A stretch of 63,781 nucleotides of DNA, the filler included, from Acetivibrio sp. (GTDB taxonomy: Bacteria; Bacillota; Clostridia; Acetivibrionales; Acetivibrionaceae), in the NCBI RefSeq assembly GCF_035371925.1. It is 3 parts of 3 records of this genome, joined end to end, with 100 filler letters (N's around TTAATTAATTAA, not from the genome) between each part and the next. Parts side by side here need not be neighbours in the genome. Positions count along the whole stretch, not along the records: positions 24,387 to 48,232 come from NZ_DAORXT010000041.1; 2 more parts are not named here. One strand, given 5' to 3'. Each line of letters starts with the position of its first letter. Positions within the stretch are counted from its first letter, which is position 1. The translations under genes and the position numbers were made by a program. Positions 29,856-41,331 of the stretch are shown piece by piece. Under the pieces are notes generated by a model. The model searched no databases. It saw only the letters and a list, made by a program, of their open reading frames with translations, and was not told where the DNA came from.

Positions 29856-30560
29856 TTATAGGGGATTATTAGGTAGATATCCCGGAATTCTTACCTGCTG
29901 CCATTGCAGTAGTGTAAATGTTATCGACAGTATCAAATATTCAGTCAGCGTATCAAAGGAATCTCCCTTGGCATTAACTCCTGAAAATCGCTTTTTTCTC
30001 TCCACATTCGACTCACATATTGACGCTTCGTCCAATTCGCAAAAGAGTCTTTCCCCTAAAAAATAAGAATTCTCCGGACTATTTTCCTTATCCGGCAATG
30101 CAACGGGTATAAATCCGTTTGAAGTTTTAAACACGGGAGAAGTGCAGTACTCGATTTTGGTTACACATTCAAAAGGCACCTTTAAAGCTTTATAAAGCAT
30201 GTCAGCCGACGTACCTTTCTTATTTCCGTATTCCCTGTCTTTCAGGCCGTATGCCGCATACGCAATATTTTCACTTACATAACCATTCAGATAAATTTTT
30301 CCGTATCTTTTATTACCCATGTTTAAAAGCTTGCATTGGGTTAGATATATGCTCCTCGAATGGCTGTAAATGTCTAAAACAGAATGGTCAAAACAAACCA
30401 TAGATTCAATATCTATATGTACCCTTGATTGGGAAACAACAACAGGAATTCTTGCAAGCACAGGACCACAACGGCCGGTGGGGTAAATCGGCTCACTTTG
30501 AACCTCTGTAATGGTTCTCGTTTCAACTTTAAACTCTTTAAAGTCACGCTCAGCACCCAT
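29856..30560 (-). CDS. CsxC-family paralogue (2)
   Basis: RIPVVVSQ, LTQCKLL, KIYLNGYVSENIAYA, VPFECVTKI, ERLFCELDE, LLQWQQV align with the neighbour; start 30560 behind GAGG. Confidence 0.65.
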   Translation of the reverse strand: MGAERDFKEFKVETRTITEVQSEPIYPTGRCGPVLARIPVVVSQSRVHIDIESMVCFDHSVLDIYSHSRSIYLTQCKLLNMGNKRYGKIYLNGYVSENIAYAAYGLKDREYGNKKGTSADMLYKALKVPFECVTKIEYCTSPVFKTSNGFIPVALPDKENSPENSYFLGERLFCELDEASICESNVERKKRFSGVNAKGDSFDTLTEYLILSITFTLLQWQQVRIPGYLPNNPL

Positions 30561-30608
30561 AGTTAATGCCTCTATTAATCGAAAAAACAACAGCAAAATA
30601 CCCTTTTT

Positions 30609-30637
30609 CATAATATGATAAGATAGCTAATCTTGTA
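30609..30637 (-). promoter_or_regulatory. sigmaK-like promoter
   Basis: Minus strand TACA-16 bp-CATATTATG; the ORF-track start (30611) lies inside this -10 box. Confidence 0.45.
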
Positions 30638-30734
30638 CCGGTCCATAGCCTTATATAACTTTAGAACAAAGAAAATTTTCGTTTGCAGTAAAATTTTCTT
30701 ACATCACGAGTGTCTAAGCAAGGTAAAAGATATT

Positions 30735-31382
30735 TTAGCACAGGTGTTTGGTGTATCCCATCTCAATAAGCTTTAAGTACGCATCCCATACCTCTTTGGG
30801 AATATCCTGATGTACTTGAAAGCCCTTTTCGGGATATACCTTTATTCTCTGAAGGTCCCCAACCATCACGCTAATGACTTCATCTTCCGTGATTTCGCCG
30901 TTTTCGTAGTCTGAAAGATACTCCTTTAATTCCATTTGAGGAGATGTAACAATCACATCTATATTAGGCCAAAGCTTTTTAAATGCGGCATAGGTCCTTC
31001 TTTCCATATACGGCTTGTTGACCGCAATAATTTTTTGAGCTTTTATTTGACTTTTATCAATTAAATCCTTTACAAATAAAATATTCTCGCCTGTGTTTGA
31101 GGATTTATTTTCAATCAGGATGCATTCTTCCGGAACTCCCATGTCCATAGCTATCCGGGCAAACTTTTCCGCCTCTGTATTGTTCCAAATATGCTTTGTA
31201 AGCTTGCCATATCCGCCTGTAAATACAATCAGAGGAGCAAAACCCTCCAAAAAGATTTCTGCTCCCCTCTTTGCAACCCTTGTGTCATGGCTTCCCAACA
31301 CGATTATGCAATCTGACTTTGCAAGCTTATGATTCATGCGAAGATAGTCCCATAAAATCTGTATAAGCTTTTCTTTCTCCAT
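30735..31382 (-). CDS. YdcF/DUF218-family protein
   Basis: IIVLGSHD, FTGGYG, ENKSSNTGEN, KPYMERR; start 31382 removes the overlap with ftsY. Confidence 0.85.
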   Translation of the reverse strand: MEKEKLIQILWDYLRMNHKLAKSDCIIVLGSHDTRVAKRGAEIFLEGFAPLIVFTGGYGKLTKHIWNNTEAEKFARIAMDMGVPEECILIENKSSNTGENILFVKDLIDKSQIKAQKIIAVNKPYMERRTYAAFKKLWPNIDVIVTSPQMELKEYLSDYENGEITEDEVISVMVGDLQRIKVYPEKGFQVHQDIPKEVWDAYLKLIEMGYTKHLC

Positions 31383-31419
31383 GTTATTCTCCGTCAAATC
31401 CAGATACTTAATATTTATT

Positions 31420-32328
31420 TTATGAAAAGAGTGCTTCTGCAAATTCCCTTGCATTAAATCTCTGCAAATCGTCCATTTGCTCTCCAACACCAATAAGCTT
31501 CACAGGAATATTGAGCTCCGATGCCACAGCAATTATTATACCGCCCTTGGCAGTTCCGTCAAGCTTGGTAAGTACAATTCCTGTAATATCGGCCACCTCA
31601 CTGAAAGTTTTCGCCTGTGAAATGGCATTCTGACCTGTAGTGGCATCAAGTACAAGTAAAATCTCCTTGGATACTTCCGGAAGCTCCCTGTCAATTATTC
31701 TGAATACTTTTTTGAGCTCTTCCATCAGATTCTTCTTTGTATGGAGCCTTCCTGCCGTATCACAAATTAATACATCCGCCTTTCTAGCCTTTACCGCCTG
31801 CACGGCATCATAAATAACAGCCGCAGGGTCCGAGCCCTCTGTTTGCTTTATTAACTCAACACCAACCCTGTTGGCCCATATTTCAAGCTGGTCTATGGCC
31901 GCAGCCCTGAATGTATCCCCTGCAGCAAGAATAACCTTTTTCCCTTGTGATTTCAAAAGATTTGCAATCTTCCCTATGGACGTAGTCTTGCCCACACCAT
32001 TTACTCCAACCACTAATATAACGCTTGGAGTTGTATCAAGTTTAAGGTCCGACTCTCCCTGGCTTAGAATCTGAGCCAACTCTTCCTTAAGCAGCTCCTT
32101 TACCTTGGCAGGGTCCGTCGTTTTTGTCTCCTTCACTCTTTGTCTAAGATTTTCAATAATCTTCATACTTGTATCGATTCCCACATCGGAAGTTATAAGT
32201 ATCTCTTCCAGTTCCTCAAACAACTCCTCATCGATTTTTCCGAAAGACACCAATACTTTATCAATTCTTTCGGTGATTGTATTTTTTGTCTTCTTAAGTC
32301 CCTCTTTTAGCTTGTCAAAAAAACCCAT
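31420..32328 (-). CDS. ftsY: SRP receptor FtsY
   Basis: [31 protein letters not shown]. Confidence 0.97.
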   Translation of the reverse strand: MGFFDKLKEGLKKTKNTITERIDKVLVSFGKIDEELFEELEEILITSDVGIDTSMKIIENLRQRVKETKTTDPAKVKELLKEELAQILSQGESDLKLDTTPSVILVVGVNGVGKTTSIGKIANLLKSQGKKVILAAGDTFRAAAIDQLEIWANRVGVELIKQTEGSDPAAVIYDAVQAVKARKADVLICDTAGRLHTKKNLMEELKKVFRIIDRELPEVSKEILLVLDATTGQNAISQAKTFSEVADITGIVLTKLDGTAKGGIIIAVASELNIPVKLIGVGEQMDDLQRFNAREFAEALFS

Positions 32329-32364
32329 ATTCTACTTATCCTCCATCCGAAATTCTTAATATTT

Positions 32365-35300
32365 TTAACTCACTTTTTCTCCCATTTTCAGGGATACAAT
32401 CTTTGAAACACCATGCTCCTGCATTGTTACGCCATACAGGGTATCTGCAGCTTCCATGGTGCCCTTTCTGTGAGTAATAACAGCAAACTGAGTCACACCG
32501 GAATACTTCTTCAAATACTGCGCAAACTTGTACACATTTGCATCGTCCAAAGCCGCTTCAATCTCGTCCAGCACACAGAAAGGCGTCGGATTTAGCCTTA
32601 GAATGGCAAAGAGCAATGCAATTGCAGTAAATGCCCTCTCTCCTCCCGACAGGAGCATCAGGTTCTGAAGCTTTTTCCCCGGAGGCTGTACCTCTATTTC
32701 AATACCGCTTTCCAAAACATTCTCCTTGTCCACAAGAATCAGCTCCGCCCTTCCCCCGTCAAACAACTCCTGGAACACCATGTTGAAGTTTTCATTTATC
32801 AGTTTAAACTGCTCCATAAACTGCCGCTTCATTATGGACACCATTTCATTTATTACTTTTTGGAGCTTCTGCTCTGCCTGCTCCATGTCGTTTTTCTGTG
32901 CCGACATAAATTCAAAACGCTCTTTGGTTTTTATATACTCGTCAATCGCAGCCACATTAACAGGTCCAAGTTCCTTTATCTCATTTCTAAGCTCAGTTAT
33001 TCTCTTTTGAGCCTGAGTTATACTTCCGATATCCTTTTTAAGCTCCAGTGCGTTGGTATAGGTAAGCTCATATTCATCCCACATCCTGTTTTGAATCGAT
33101 TCCATCTCGGATTCCAGCCTTGCCTTTTTAACCTCAATTCTACCGTATTCCTCCTGAAGCAAAAGAATATTTTTATTTATTTCGGTTATTTGATCAACAA
33201 TACCCGCGGACTCTTCCTCCCGGACCTTTTTCTCCTCGCTAATCCTATCAATTTCAAAGGTTTTCCCGGATTTCTCCTCCTCATACTTTTTAATTAACTT
33301 GTCCAACCCTTCATTTTTCTCTTCCAAGGATTTAATTTCCTGTTCGTTCTTAGCCTTTTCAGCCTTCTTTCTTTCCATTCCCTTTACAAGACTGTTTTTC
33401 TCATTTGACAGTCTCTCCAGCGTTTCCTTTACGCCATCCATGCTCTCCATAATTGAATTTACCGAAATCCTGTAATCGGTAATGTCGGTATGCAATGCAT
33501 CTCTTATCGACTGCTCTTCTTTGTTCTTTTCCTGATATTTTGAAACTATATCTTTTTTCTCTGCTATATCCCTTTCTATTTGTGAAAGCTCATTTTCGTA
33601 TTTTGAAAGCTCATTATAAGTATCTTTTTCCTGTCTTATGAGCTGCTCTTTTTCTTGCTTTAGCATATCAATTCTTGCATTGCTTCTTTTTATATTTTCC
33701 TCAATCTGAGCCAAATGACTCTCATCTCTTATTTTTATAAGCTCGTTGTCTTTTAGACTGCTCTCTTCTGCCGAAATTTTTTCTATTACCTCCGTAAGCT
33801 CACCGGAAAGTCTTTCAACATTCTTTTCTATCGCCGCATCATCTTCTTTAAAATTTGCAATCTTCGTTTCCAGCTCTGAAATCTCACGGTTTCGGCTTAG
33901 AATTCCCGACTCTCTTTTCTCTTTGCTTCCTCCCGACATGGAACCGGTGGTACTTAATATATCACCGTCTAAGGATACTATTCTAAAGCTATATCCAAAC
34001 CTTCTTGCCATCTTTATTCCGGCATCTAGGCTGTCTACCACCACCACTTTTCCGAGAAGACTTAACACTATTCCCCTGTACTGTTCGTCATATTCAATAA
34101 GGTCTGATGCAACCCCGATAAATCCTTCATGGCCTCTTAACTGATTTAAAATGCCGTCGTCAAGATATTTCCCCTTTACGGAGGATATGGGCAGAAACGT
34201 TGCCCTTCCCAAATTGTTTCTCTTTAAATATTCTATTGCCCTTTTGGCATCCTCCTCGCTGGTGGTAACAATATTCTGCAAAGCTCCACCCAGTGACATT
34301 TCAATCGCAGTCTCATACTTTTCGTCCACAGTAAAAAGCTGCGCCAACGCACCATGAATGCCTTTGCCAAACTCTTTTGACTGCTGGCACGCCTGTAAAA
34401 CAACCCTTACACTCCGGTTGTAGCCCTCAAGGTTTCGCTCCATATCCATAAGCATCTTTTGCCTTGAAGTCATTATCTGTATTTGGGACCTTACGTGATT
34501 CTGCTTTCTCTTTTCCTCTTCCAGCCTTACGCCAAGGTCCTTTCTCTTTTCATTCAATTCCAAAAGCAACTCTTTTATATTTTTAATAAGTTCATTTACC
34601 TTGTAGATACTCTCGGACAGCTCTTCCTTTTTCATGCCCTCCTTGTCTTTCTCAAGGGTCAGCTGGTATACTTCTGCGTCAATGCTTGTCTGCCTCTTCT
34701 TGATGCCTTCAATGTGGTTTTTTATATTGTTTATCTGTGTCTTCTTGTCCGACTGTATATCGAGCATTTCCATTATCTCAGTCTTCAAGTTCTCAATATA
34801 TCTCTCATTCTCATTCAATGTGGCAATAATGGCCTGAAGCTTTTTTTCGGACTCCTCGAGCTTTGAGGAATAATCATTATACCTCTCCTCAAGGTATAAG
34901 ATTTTGCTGTTCTTTGAAGCCTCTTCTTCCGATATGGCCTTGATTTTCTCCTCAACCTCGGCTATTTCCCCGTCAAGACGGTCAATATTGGAAAAAAGGT
35001 TGTTGATTTTCTCCTGATTTAGCCTAATTTCGGAATGGGATTTTTCAAGGCTGCCGTCTATAGCATAATACTCCTGTTTTGCAGCCTCAAGTTTTCCTTC
35101 CATATCCTTTAAAAGGCTTAAATTTTTCTGGTTGAGAGCCGTAATTTCCTCCAGCTTTTTATTTTCACCGTCAATATTGTCCTTAACTGAAGTGAAGCTC
35201 TCTTCCAATTCCTTTATCTTTTCTTTGTATTTGGTGATATTTTCTATATATACGTTTATTTCCAACTCTTTTAAAGTCTCTCTTAAGTTCAGGTACCTCT

Positions 35301-35937
35301 TTGCCACTTCGGATTGCTCTTTTAAAGGCTCAAGCATATTTTCAAGCTCTGCTATAATGTCATTTATTCTAAGAAGATTTTGTCTTGTCATCTCCAGCTT
35401 TTTTTCCGCTTCCAGCTTTCGGACCTTATACTTCATAATTCCGGAGGCCTCTTCAAAAATACCCCTTCTTTCCTCGGATTTAGTGCTTAGAATTTCATCA
35501 ACTCTTCCCTGTCCGATTATGGAATAACCGTCCTTGCCGATACCGGTATCAAGGAACAACTCATAAATATCCTTAAGACGGCACTGGGTCTTGTTTATCA
35601 TATACTCACTCTCTCCGGAGCGGTATACGCGCCTGGTTACGGTAACTTCGCTAAAATCAATAGGAAGCATGCCGTCAGAATTGTCAAAGGTAAGAGAAAC
35701 CTCTGCAAAACCCAAAGGTTTTCTGTGTTCGGTACCGGCAAATATTACATCCTCCATCTTTCCGCCTCTCAAGGTTTTGGCACTCTGTTCTCCCAGTACC
35801 CACCTTATTGCATCGGAAATATTGCTTTTGCCGCTTCCGTTTGGTCCTACCACCGCGGTAATGCCGGAATTAAAGTCAAGCTGTATTCTGTCAGCAAAGG
35901 ATTTAAAGCCTTGAATCTCAAGTCTTTTCAGATGCAA
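32365..35937 (-). CDS. smc: Chromosome segregation protein SMC
   Basis: Walker A GPNGSGKSN, coiled coils, hinge GRATFLP, LSGGE signature, LDEIEAALD; TTG start 35937 behind GAGGTG. Confidence 0.97.
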   Translation of the reverse strand: MHLKRLEIQGFKSFADRIQLDFNSGITAVVGPNGSGKSNISDAIRWVLGEQSAKTLRGGKMEDVIFAGTEHRKPLGFAEVSLTFDNSDGMLPIDFSEVTVTRRVYRSGESEYMINKTQCRLKDIYELFLDTGIGKDGYSIIGQGRVDEILSTKSEERRGIFEEASGIMKYKVRKLEAEKKLEMTRQNLLRINDIIAELENMLEPLKEQSEVAKRYLNLRETLKELEINVYIENITKYKEKIKELEESFTSVKDNIDGENKKLEEITALNQKNLSLLKDMEGKLEAAKQEYYAIDGSLEKSHSEIRLNQEKINNLFSNIDRLDGEIAEVEEKIKAISEEEASKNSKILYLEERYNDYSSKLEESEKKLQAIIATLNENERYIENLKTEIMEMLDIQSDKKTQINNIKNHIEGIKKRQTSIDAEVYQLTLEKDKEGMKKEELSESIYKVNELIKNIKELLLELNEKRKDLGVRLEEEKRKQNHVRSQIQIMTSRQKMLMDMERNLEGYNRSVRVVLQACQQSKEFGKGIHGALAQLFTVDEKYETAIEMSLGGALQNIVTTSEEDAKRAIEYLKRNNLGRATFLPISSVKGKYLDDGILNQLRGHEGFIGVASDLIEYDEQYRGIVLSLLGKVVVVDSLDAGIKMARRFGYSFRIVSLDGDILSTTGSMSGGSKEKRESGILSRNREISELETKIANFKEDDAAIEKNVERLSGELTEVIEKISAEESSLKDNELIKIRDESHLAQIEENIKRSNARIDMLKQEKEQLIRQEKDTYNELSKYENELSQIERDIAEKKDIVSKYQEKNKEEQSIRDALHTDITDYRISVNSIMESMDGVKETLERLSNEKNSLVKGMERKKAEKAKNEQEIKSLEEKNEGLDKLIKKYEEEKSGKTFEIDRISEEKKVREEESAGIVDQITEINKNILLLQEEYGRIEVKKARLESEMESIQNRMWDEYELTYTNALELKKDIGSITQAQKRITELRNEIKELGPVNVAAIDEYIKTKERFEFMSAQKNDMEQAEQKLQKVINEMVSIMKRQFMEQFKLINENFNMVFQELFDGGRAELILVDKENVLESGIEIEVQPPGKKLQNLMLLSGGERAFTAIALLFAILRLNPTPFCVLDEIEAALDDANVYKFAQYLKKYSGVTQFAVITHRKGTMEAADTLYGVTMQEHGVSKIVSLKMGEKVS

Positions 35938-36074
35938 ATAAAACACCTCGGTAATTTTAGAATGAAAACCTCAAATATTTACTCCTTAATTATTCTAACA
36001 TAATTTTTTATATTATCAACACAGCAATATTATCTCATCAATATTTCCGTCAAGACAAAACCACATTTTACATT

Positions 36075-37085
36075 TTACGAAATATTGCTTTTATAGCTTT
36101 TGGCATACTTTCCAGCAACAAGCAAAGCCTCAACCATGCTTACAGCACTGGCTTTTCCTGTTCCGGCAATATCAAAGGCCGTACCGTGGTCCACGGATGT
36201 TCTTAAGAAAGGAAGCCCTATCGTGACTGAAATTGTCCTTTCAAAATCCAAAGTTTTAGCAGCAATATGCCCCTGGTCATGGTAAAGAGAAAGTACCGAG
36301 TTGTATCTTCCCTTGCTTGCAAGATAAAACACCGAGTCGGCTCCAATAGGCCCTTCCACACGATAACCTCGCGAAATCGCTTCCTCTATGGCAGGTATCA
36401 CAAAGTCAACTTCTTCGCGGCCGAAAAGTCCATGCTCTCCGCTGTGGGGATTGAGCCCTGCCACCGCCATGGTTCCCTCATTGATGCCCAAAAGTCCCAA
36501 TGCTTTTGTGCATCTTTCAATATAGTCCAGCACCCTTTCCTTTGTCACCAAATCGCATGCCTGTCTTAAAGAGACATGCCGGCTTAGGAAAAATATCCTT
36601 AAGTTCCCCACTTCAAACATGGTCAAAGGGTCCTTTGTACCGGTAAGTCCCGCCAAAATTTCCGTATGTCCTATATAATCTATTTTTGCCATTTTCAACG
36701 ATTCTTTGTTTATGGGTGTGGTGGCTAAAGCATCTATTCTTCCGGCCATGGCAAGCTCCACAGCCCGTTTTATATAATCGAATGCCGCTTTGCCGCATTG
36801 TGCCTGGACCTGTCCCATTTTGACGCCGGACACACCAATATCTCCGATATTAACAAGATTAATTGCGCCTCTGTCCGATACCATCCCATGGAGATTATCA
36901 TCTACAACATTTATTCGAGTGTCAAGCCCACAAATCTCCAATGCCTGTAAAATCGCATCTTTAGAGCCTATGACTACAGGCGTAAGGAACCGGTAAATGC
37001 TTTCATCGTTTAGTGCCTTTACCACTATCTCCGGGCCAATACCTGCCACATCTCCAAGAGGTATTCCTACTATCGGCTTATCCAC
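36075..37085 (-). CDS. pdxA: 4-hydroxythreonine-4-phosphate dehydrogenase family (PdxA/PdxA2)
   Basis: [51 protein letters not shown] start 37085. Confidence 0.9.
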   Translation of the reverse strand: MDKPIVGIPLGDVAGIGPEIVVKALNDESIYRFLTPVVIGSKDAILQALEICGLDTRINVVDDNLHGMVSDRGAINLVNIGDIGVSGVKMGQVQAQCGKAAFDYIKRAVELAMAGRIDALATTPINKESLKMAKIDYIGHTEILAGLTGTKDPLTMFEVGNLRIFFLSRHVSLRQACDLVTKERVLDYIERCTKALGLLGINEGTMAVAGLNPHSGEHGLFGREEVDFVIPAIEEAISRGYRVEGPIGADSVFYLASKGRYNSVLSLYHDQGHIAAKTLDFERTISVTIGLPFLRTSVDHGTAFDIAGTGKASAVSMVEALLVAGKYAKSYKSNIS

Positions 37086-37274
37086 ATGATTTTCCTCCCG
37101 TCTTTTTCTCAATAAATTTTTTTATATTTACCTCATATTTATACCTCAAAATATTTATGCCTTAAAACTGCTATTTAGATTCAAGTTTGCCTCTTTCATT
37201 TCATTCCAAGAGGCCAAATTAAAAAAGCTGTTCTTGTACAAGAACAGCCTCAAAACAATAAATATGTAACAAAA

Positions 37275-37535
37275 TTATCTAGGTTCGACTAAAAATTTAA
37301 TCGCAGTCCTCTCCTCCCCATCGATACTAATAGATGAAAAAGCTGGAACTGTAACAATGTCAATACCGTTCGGCGCAACGAAACCTCTTGTAATTGCTAT
37401 TGCTTTAATAGCTTGATTTACCGCTGCTGCCCCCACTGCTTGAATTTCTGCTGTCGATTTGCCTCTAAGAATTGCTGCCAATGCTCCAGCGACCAACTTC
37501 GGCTGCGAATGAGCTGATACCTTTAATACTTCCAT
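37275..37535 (-). CDS. spoVS: Stage V sporulation protein S
   Basis: MEVLKVS...AGA...QAVGAAAVNQAIKAIAITRGF...PAF...ERTAIK. Confidence 0.95.
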   Translation of the reverse strand: MEVLKVSAHSQPKLVAGALAAILRGKSTAEIQAVGAAAVNQAIKAIAITRGFVAPNGIDIVTVPAFSSISIDGEERTAIKFLVEPR

Positions 37536-37690
37536 ACACTTTTCCTCCTCAATAAAATATAACTTATATAAATTAAATAAAATAAAGCAAATTTATTTCT
37601 CTCTTTTAAAATATATGATAACCGATAATGGATAATTTCTAGTCTAACATTATTTTATAACAATCCATGATAACAAACAATATTATAAAA

Positions 37691-38707
37691 TTAATATTTT
37701 ATATCATAAATTTCATGTCCAACATTATATTCTCTGACAATAATTTTATCATACCCGTACTTTTTTCGTAAATACTCTACATTTTTTCTCCCTTGACCTA
37801 TAACATTCGATATTTCTTTTTTACTCGTGCAAATTACTAGTGTGTCTTTTTTCGACAGGTTTTTCTCCATAATCATCTTTTCGATAGCATAAAGAGCCAT
37901 CCTCGATTCCACCAATTGTCTGAAAGCAGGATGGAAGGGTCCGGCAATCACGTCACCGCCCTCGTTTATGCTTTCGGTGGGCTGCAGCCCAATCCTTATT
38001 ACGTTTATATTGTTCTTTTCATAAATGTAAAGAAGCTCGGCACAAAGCTCAACGGCTTCGTCAAGCTCCAAAGGGATGTATTCACCTCTAATGTACATCT
38101 TTTCAAGATAGGTACCCTTAATCACCAGTGTGGGATAAATCCTTAAAATATCAGGCTTTATTCCAACAACTCTTTCTGCAGTACGAAGGGCTTTTTCCCT
38201 ATTGTCCCCCGGAAGCCCTATCATTGTCTGTATTCCTAGGGTAAAGCCTCTTTGTTTTATAAGAGCCGAAGCATTGTAAACATCCTCAACGCTATGTCCC
38301 CTGCAGGTCTTCTGAAGAACTTCATTGTCAAGGCTCTGTACCCCAAGTTCTATTGTCTTTACATTATACTTTTCCAGATAATCAAGAATTTCACCGGTTA
38401 TATAGTCCGGCCTGGTTGAAAGCCGTATGCTTTTAACCTTCCCCTGTTTTATATATTTATTGGCCGTTTCAAGGTATCTGTATTGTTCTTCTCTTTCTAT
38501 ACCCGTAAAGCTGCCTCCGTAAAAACCTATCTCGATATATGCATTTTCACCGGCAGAACCGATGTGGGACTCAATAATCGATATCATCTTGTCTTCGGTC
38601 ATATCATCTTTTTGACCGCTTATATACTTTTGATTGCAATATATGCAGTCAAAAGGGCAGCCCTTGTGGGGAATAAAAATCGGTATGACAATATGCTTAA
38701 AAGCCAT
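37691..38707 (-). CDS. Elp3/HemN-like radical SAM protein (no acetyltransferase domain)
   Basis: GCPFDCIYCNQ, FYGGSFT, IRLSTRPD, IELGVQS, RIYPTLV. Confidence 0.85.
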   Translation of the reverse strand: MAFKHIVIPIFIPHKGCPFDCIYCNQKYISGQKDDMTEDKMISIIESHIGSAGENAYIEIGFYGGSFTGIEREEQYRYLETANKYIKQGKVKSIRLSTRPDYITGEILDYLEKYNVKTIELGVQSLDNEVLQKTCRGHSVEDVYNASALIKQRGFTLGIQTMIGLPGDNREKALRTAERVVGIKPDILRIYPTLVIKGTYLEKMYIRGEYIPLELDEAVELCAELLYIYEKNNINVIRIGLQPTESINEGGDVIAGPFHPAFRQLVESRMALYAIEKMIMEKNLSKKDTLVICTSKKEISNVIGQGRKNVEYLRKKYGYDKIIVREYNVGHEIYDIKY

Positions 38708-38808
38708 TATTTTCCCTCTTAAACCATGTTATAGTAATATATCTAATTATATCAGTGAACTTTCTAACATCATTTCATCAATACTTAAAATTGCTTTTTT
38801 AAAAAGTC

Positions 38809-39519
38809 TTAGGCATTAATATTTTTGAGAGATGATTTTGCAGCCATCTGCTCTGCTTCCTTCTTTGACCGGCCTTCCCCAATTCCTACCACTTTTTCGT
38901 CCACTTTTACCTGGGCAACAAACACCTTGCTATGGTCAGGCCCTTTTTCTTCAATTATCTCATACGAAATTTTATGTTCATTGGTCCTCTGAATAATCTC
39001 CTGAAGCTGGGTCTTATAATCCATAAAAATAGTCCCTCGGATAGATTCCTCTATTGTTTTACCCAGTTGGTTCAATATAAAGGCTCTCGCGCTCTCAAGA
39101 CCTCCATCAATGTATATCGCCCCTATCAGCGCTTCAACAGCATCCGAAAGTATGGAAACCCTCGACCTTCCACCAGTGTTTTCCTCGCCCTTTCCGAGAA
39201 GGAGGTATTTCCCTATACTTATGTTTTGTGCACACTCAGCCAAAGTACGTTCACACACCACATTTGCTCTGAACTTTGTCATTTCTCCTTCTGCCAGGTA
39301 TGAACAGTTTGTAAAGATATATTCACTGACAACCATGTTTAAAACAGTGTCACCCAAAAATTCAAGCCTCTCATTGCTTGATATCCTATCATCCCTGCAT
39401 TCATTGGCATAGGAACTGTGAGTCAAAGCCAATACAAGTTTCATCTTGTCTTCAAAACAATAACCTATAACCCCTTCCAGCTCCTTTATCCTGCCCATAA
39501 AACCATCTAAATTAAACAT
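38809..39519 (-). CDS. rnc: Ribonuclease III
   Basis: ALTHSS, NERLEFLGD signature, dsRBD (DYKTQLQE...KKEAEQMAA); start ATG 39519. Confidence 0.97.
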   Translation of the reverse strand: MFNLDGFMGRIKELEGVIGYCFEDKMKLVLALTHSSYANECRDDRISSNERLEFLGDTVLNMVVSEYIFTNCSYLAEGEMTKFRANVVCERTLAECAQNISIGKYLLLGKGEENTGGRSRVSILSDAVEALIGAIYIDGGLESARAFILNQLGKTIEESIRGTIFMDYKTQLQEIIQRTNEHKISYEIIEEKGPDHSKVFVAQVKVDEKVVGIGEGRSKKEAEQMAAKSSLKNINA

Positions 39520-39640
39520 TGCTCCTCCCATCCTTCAAAGGCTTATAATATACATTTCCCGATGGAAAAATATATCATAGCACTTTACAGCTTTAGGGGA
39601 ACGGAATAAACCGCCCCCCTAAAGAATCAGATTGCATTTA

Positions 39641-40876
39641 TCAACAAAACTTCTTTAATGCAATAGTTGCGTTGTGTCCACCAAATCCCAGAGAGTTTGA
39701 CAATGCATAGGTTATGTCGGCACTTCTTCCTTTATTCGGAACGTAGTCAAGGTCACATTCCGGATCCGGTGTCCTGTAATTGATTGTCGGAGGCAGGAAA
39801 CCATCTCTTAAAGCAAGGACGGTAATAATAGCCTCAATCGCACCGGCTGCACCCAAAAGATGTCCTGTCATTGACTTGGTAGAGCTTACAGCCAGCTTCT
39901 TTGCATGCTCACCAAACACAGCCTTTATAGCCGCAGTTTCAAACTTGTCATTGTATTCCGTAGATGTTCCATGTGCATTAATATAATCCACATCTTCAGG
40001 TTTTATTCCTGCATCATCTATAGCCATTTTCATGCATCTTGCTCCACCTTCGCCTTCCGGTGCCGGAGCGGTAATATGATATGCGTCATTTGTAACTCCA
40101 TATCCTACAATCTCAGCAAGGATATTAGCGCCCCTCTTTACTGCATGCTCCAATTCTTCCAACACAAGAATTGCGGCGCCTTCTCCCATAACAAATCCGT
40201 TTCTTTCAGCATCAAACGGTCTGCAGGCCAAAGCAGGGTCTTCTGTTGTGGTCATGGCTTTCATGGAACAAAAACCTGCGAAAGACAATGGTGTTATGGA
40301 AGCCTCCGAGCCCCCTGTAATTAAAACATCCGCATCACCGCGCTGAATAACCTTGAAAGCATCTCCAATGGCGTTGGTCGATGTGGCACACGCAGTTACG
40401 ACACACTCGTTAAAGCCTTTGGCTCCAAACTGTATGGCAATTTGTCCCGCTGCCATATTCGAAATCATCATAGGTATAAAAAACGGACTTACTCTGCCTG
40501 GACCCTTTTCCATATAGACCTTGAACTGTTCTTCGAATGTTGACATTCCACCTATTCCCGAACCTACAACAACTCCAAATCTATTTTTCTCTACCTTCTC
40601 AAGGTCAAGTCCCGACATCTCCACAGCCATTTTAGAGGCAGCCAATGCATACTGGCAATAAGGATCCATTCTTTTTGCTTCTTTTTTGTCAATATACTTG
40701 GTAGGATCAAATTCTTTTATTTCAGCTGCAACTTTTGTAGGCATGTTTGATACGTCGAACTTGGTTACTGTGGTTATTCCGCATTTACCTTCCTTTATCG
40801 CGTTCCAAAACCCGTCAATATCGGTTCCCAATGCAGATACAACTCCAAGACCTGTAACAACAACTCTTCTCTTCAT
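39641..40876 (-). CDS. fabF: Beta-ketoacyl-ACP synthase II
   Basis: TACATS catalytic Cys, [27 protein letters not shown]. Confidence 0.97.
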   Translation of the reverse strand: MKRRVVVTGLGVVSALGTDIDGFWNAIKEGKCGITTVTKFDVSNMPTKVAAEIKEFDPTKYIDKKEAKRMDPYCQYALAASKMAVEMSGLDLEKVEKNRFGVVVGSGIGGMSTFEEQFKVYMEKGPGRVSPFFIPMMISNMAAGQIAIQFGAKGFNECVVTACATSTNAIGDAFKVIQRGDADVLITGGSEASITPLSFAGFCSMKAMTTTEDPALACRPFDAERNGFVMGEGAAILVLEELEHAVKRGANILAEIVGYGVTNDAYHITAPAPEGEGGARCMKMAIDDAGIKPEDVDYINAHGTSTEYNDKFETAAIKAVFGEHAKKLAVSSTKSMTGHLLGAAGAIEAIITVLALRDGFLPPTINYRTPDPECDLDYVPNKGRSADITYALSNSLGFGGHNATIALKKFC

Positions 40877-40991
40877 TGTCAAACCTCCTGTATTAATTTA
40901 CACACATATACAATTATATATAAGAAGTTAATTATTTCTACGTTAAATTTCAATTATTCTTAATATTTTGCCCTGAGTATAAGCTTACCAT

Positions 40992-41021
40992 AAAAAAGTC
41001 CCTTTTGCAGGGACTTTTTTT
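40992..41021 (-). terminator. Terminator after acpP
   Basis: AAAAAAGTCCC-7 nt-GGGACTTTTTTT. Confidence 0.8.
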
Positions 41022-41244
41022 ATGAATTATTCTTAATGTACTCAACAACATCTCCTACTGTTGAAATTTTTTCAGCCTCGCTGTCGGGAATTTCGAGGTC
41101 GAACTCCTCTTCCAAGGCCATTATCAATTCAACAATATCCAATGAGTCTGCACCTAGATCGTCTATAAAAGATGATTCCATTGTTATCTCATCTTCTTCA
41201 ACACCTAACTGCTCTGCAATAATCTTTCTAACTTTTTCGAACAC
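41020..41244 (-). CDS. acpP: Acyl carrier protein
   Basis: DLGADSLD phosphopantetheine motif; GTG start 41244. Confidence 0.97.
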   Translation of the reverse strand: MFEKVRKIIAEQLGVEEDEITMESSFIDDLGADSLDIVELIMALEEEFDLEIPDSEAEKISTVGDVVEYIKNNS

Positions 41245-41331
41245 TATCATTCACCTCCTTCCACAGGGGGTTTGGTTGATTCTTAGTGTAAACTATTGAT
41301 TTTGACCAAATAGTGTTACAATAAGATATTA

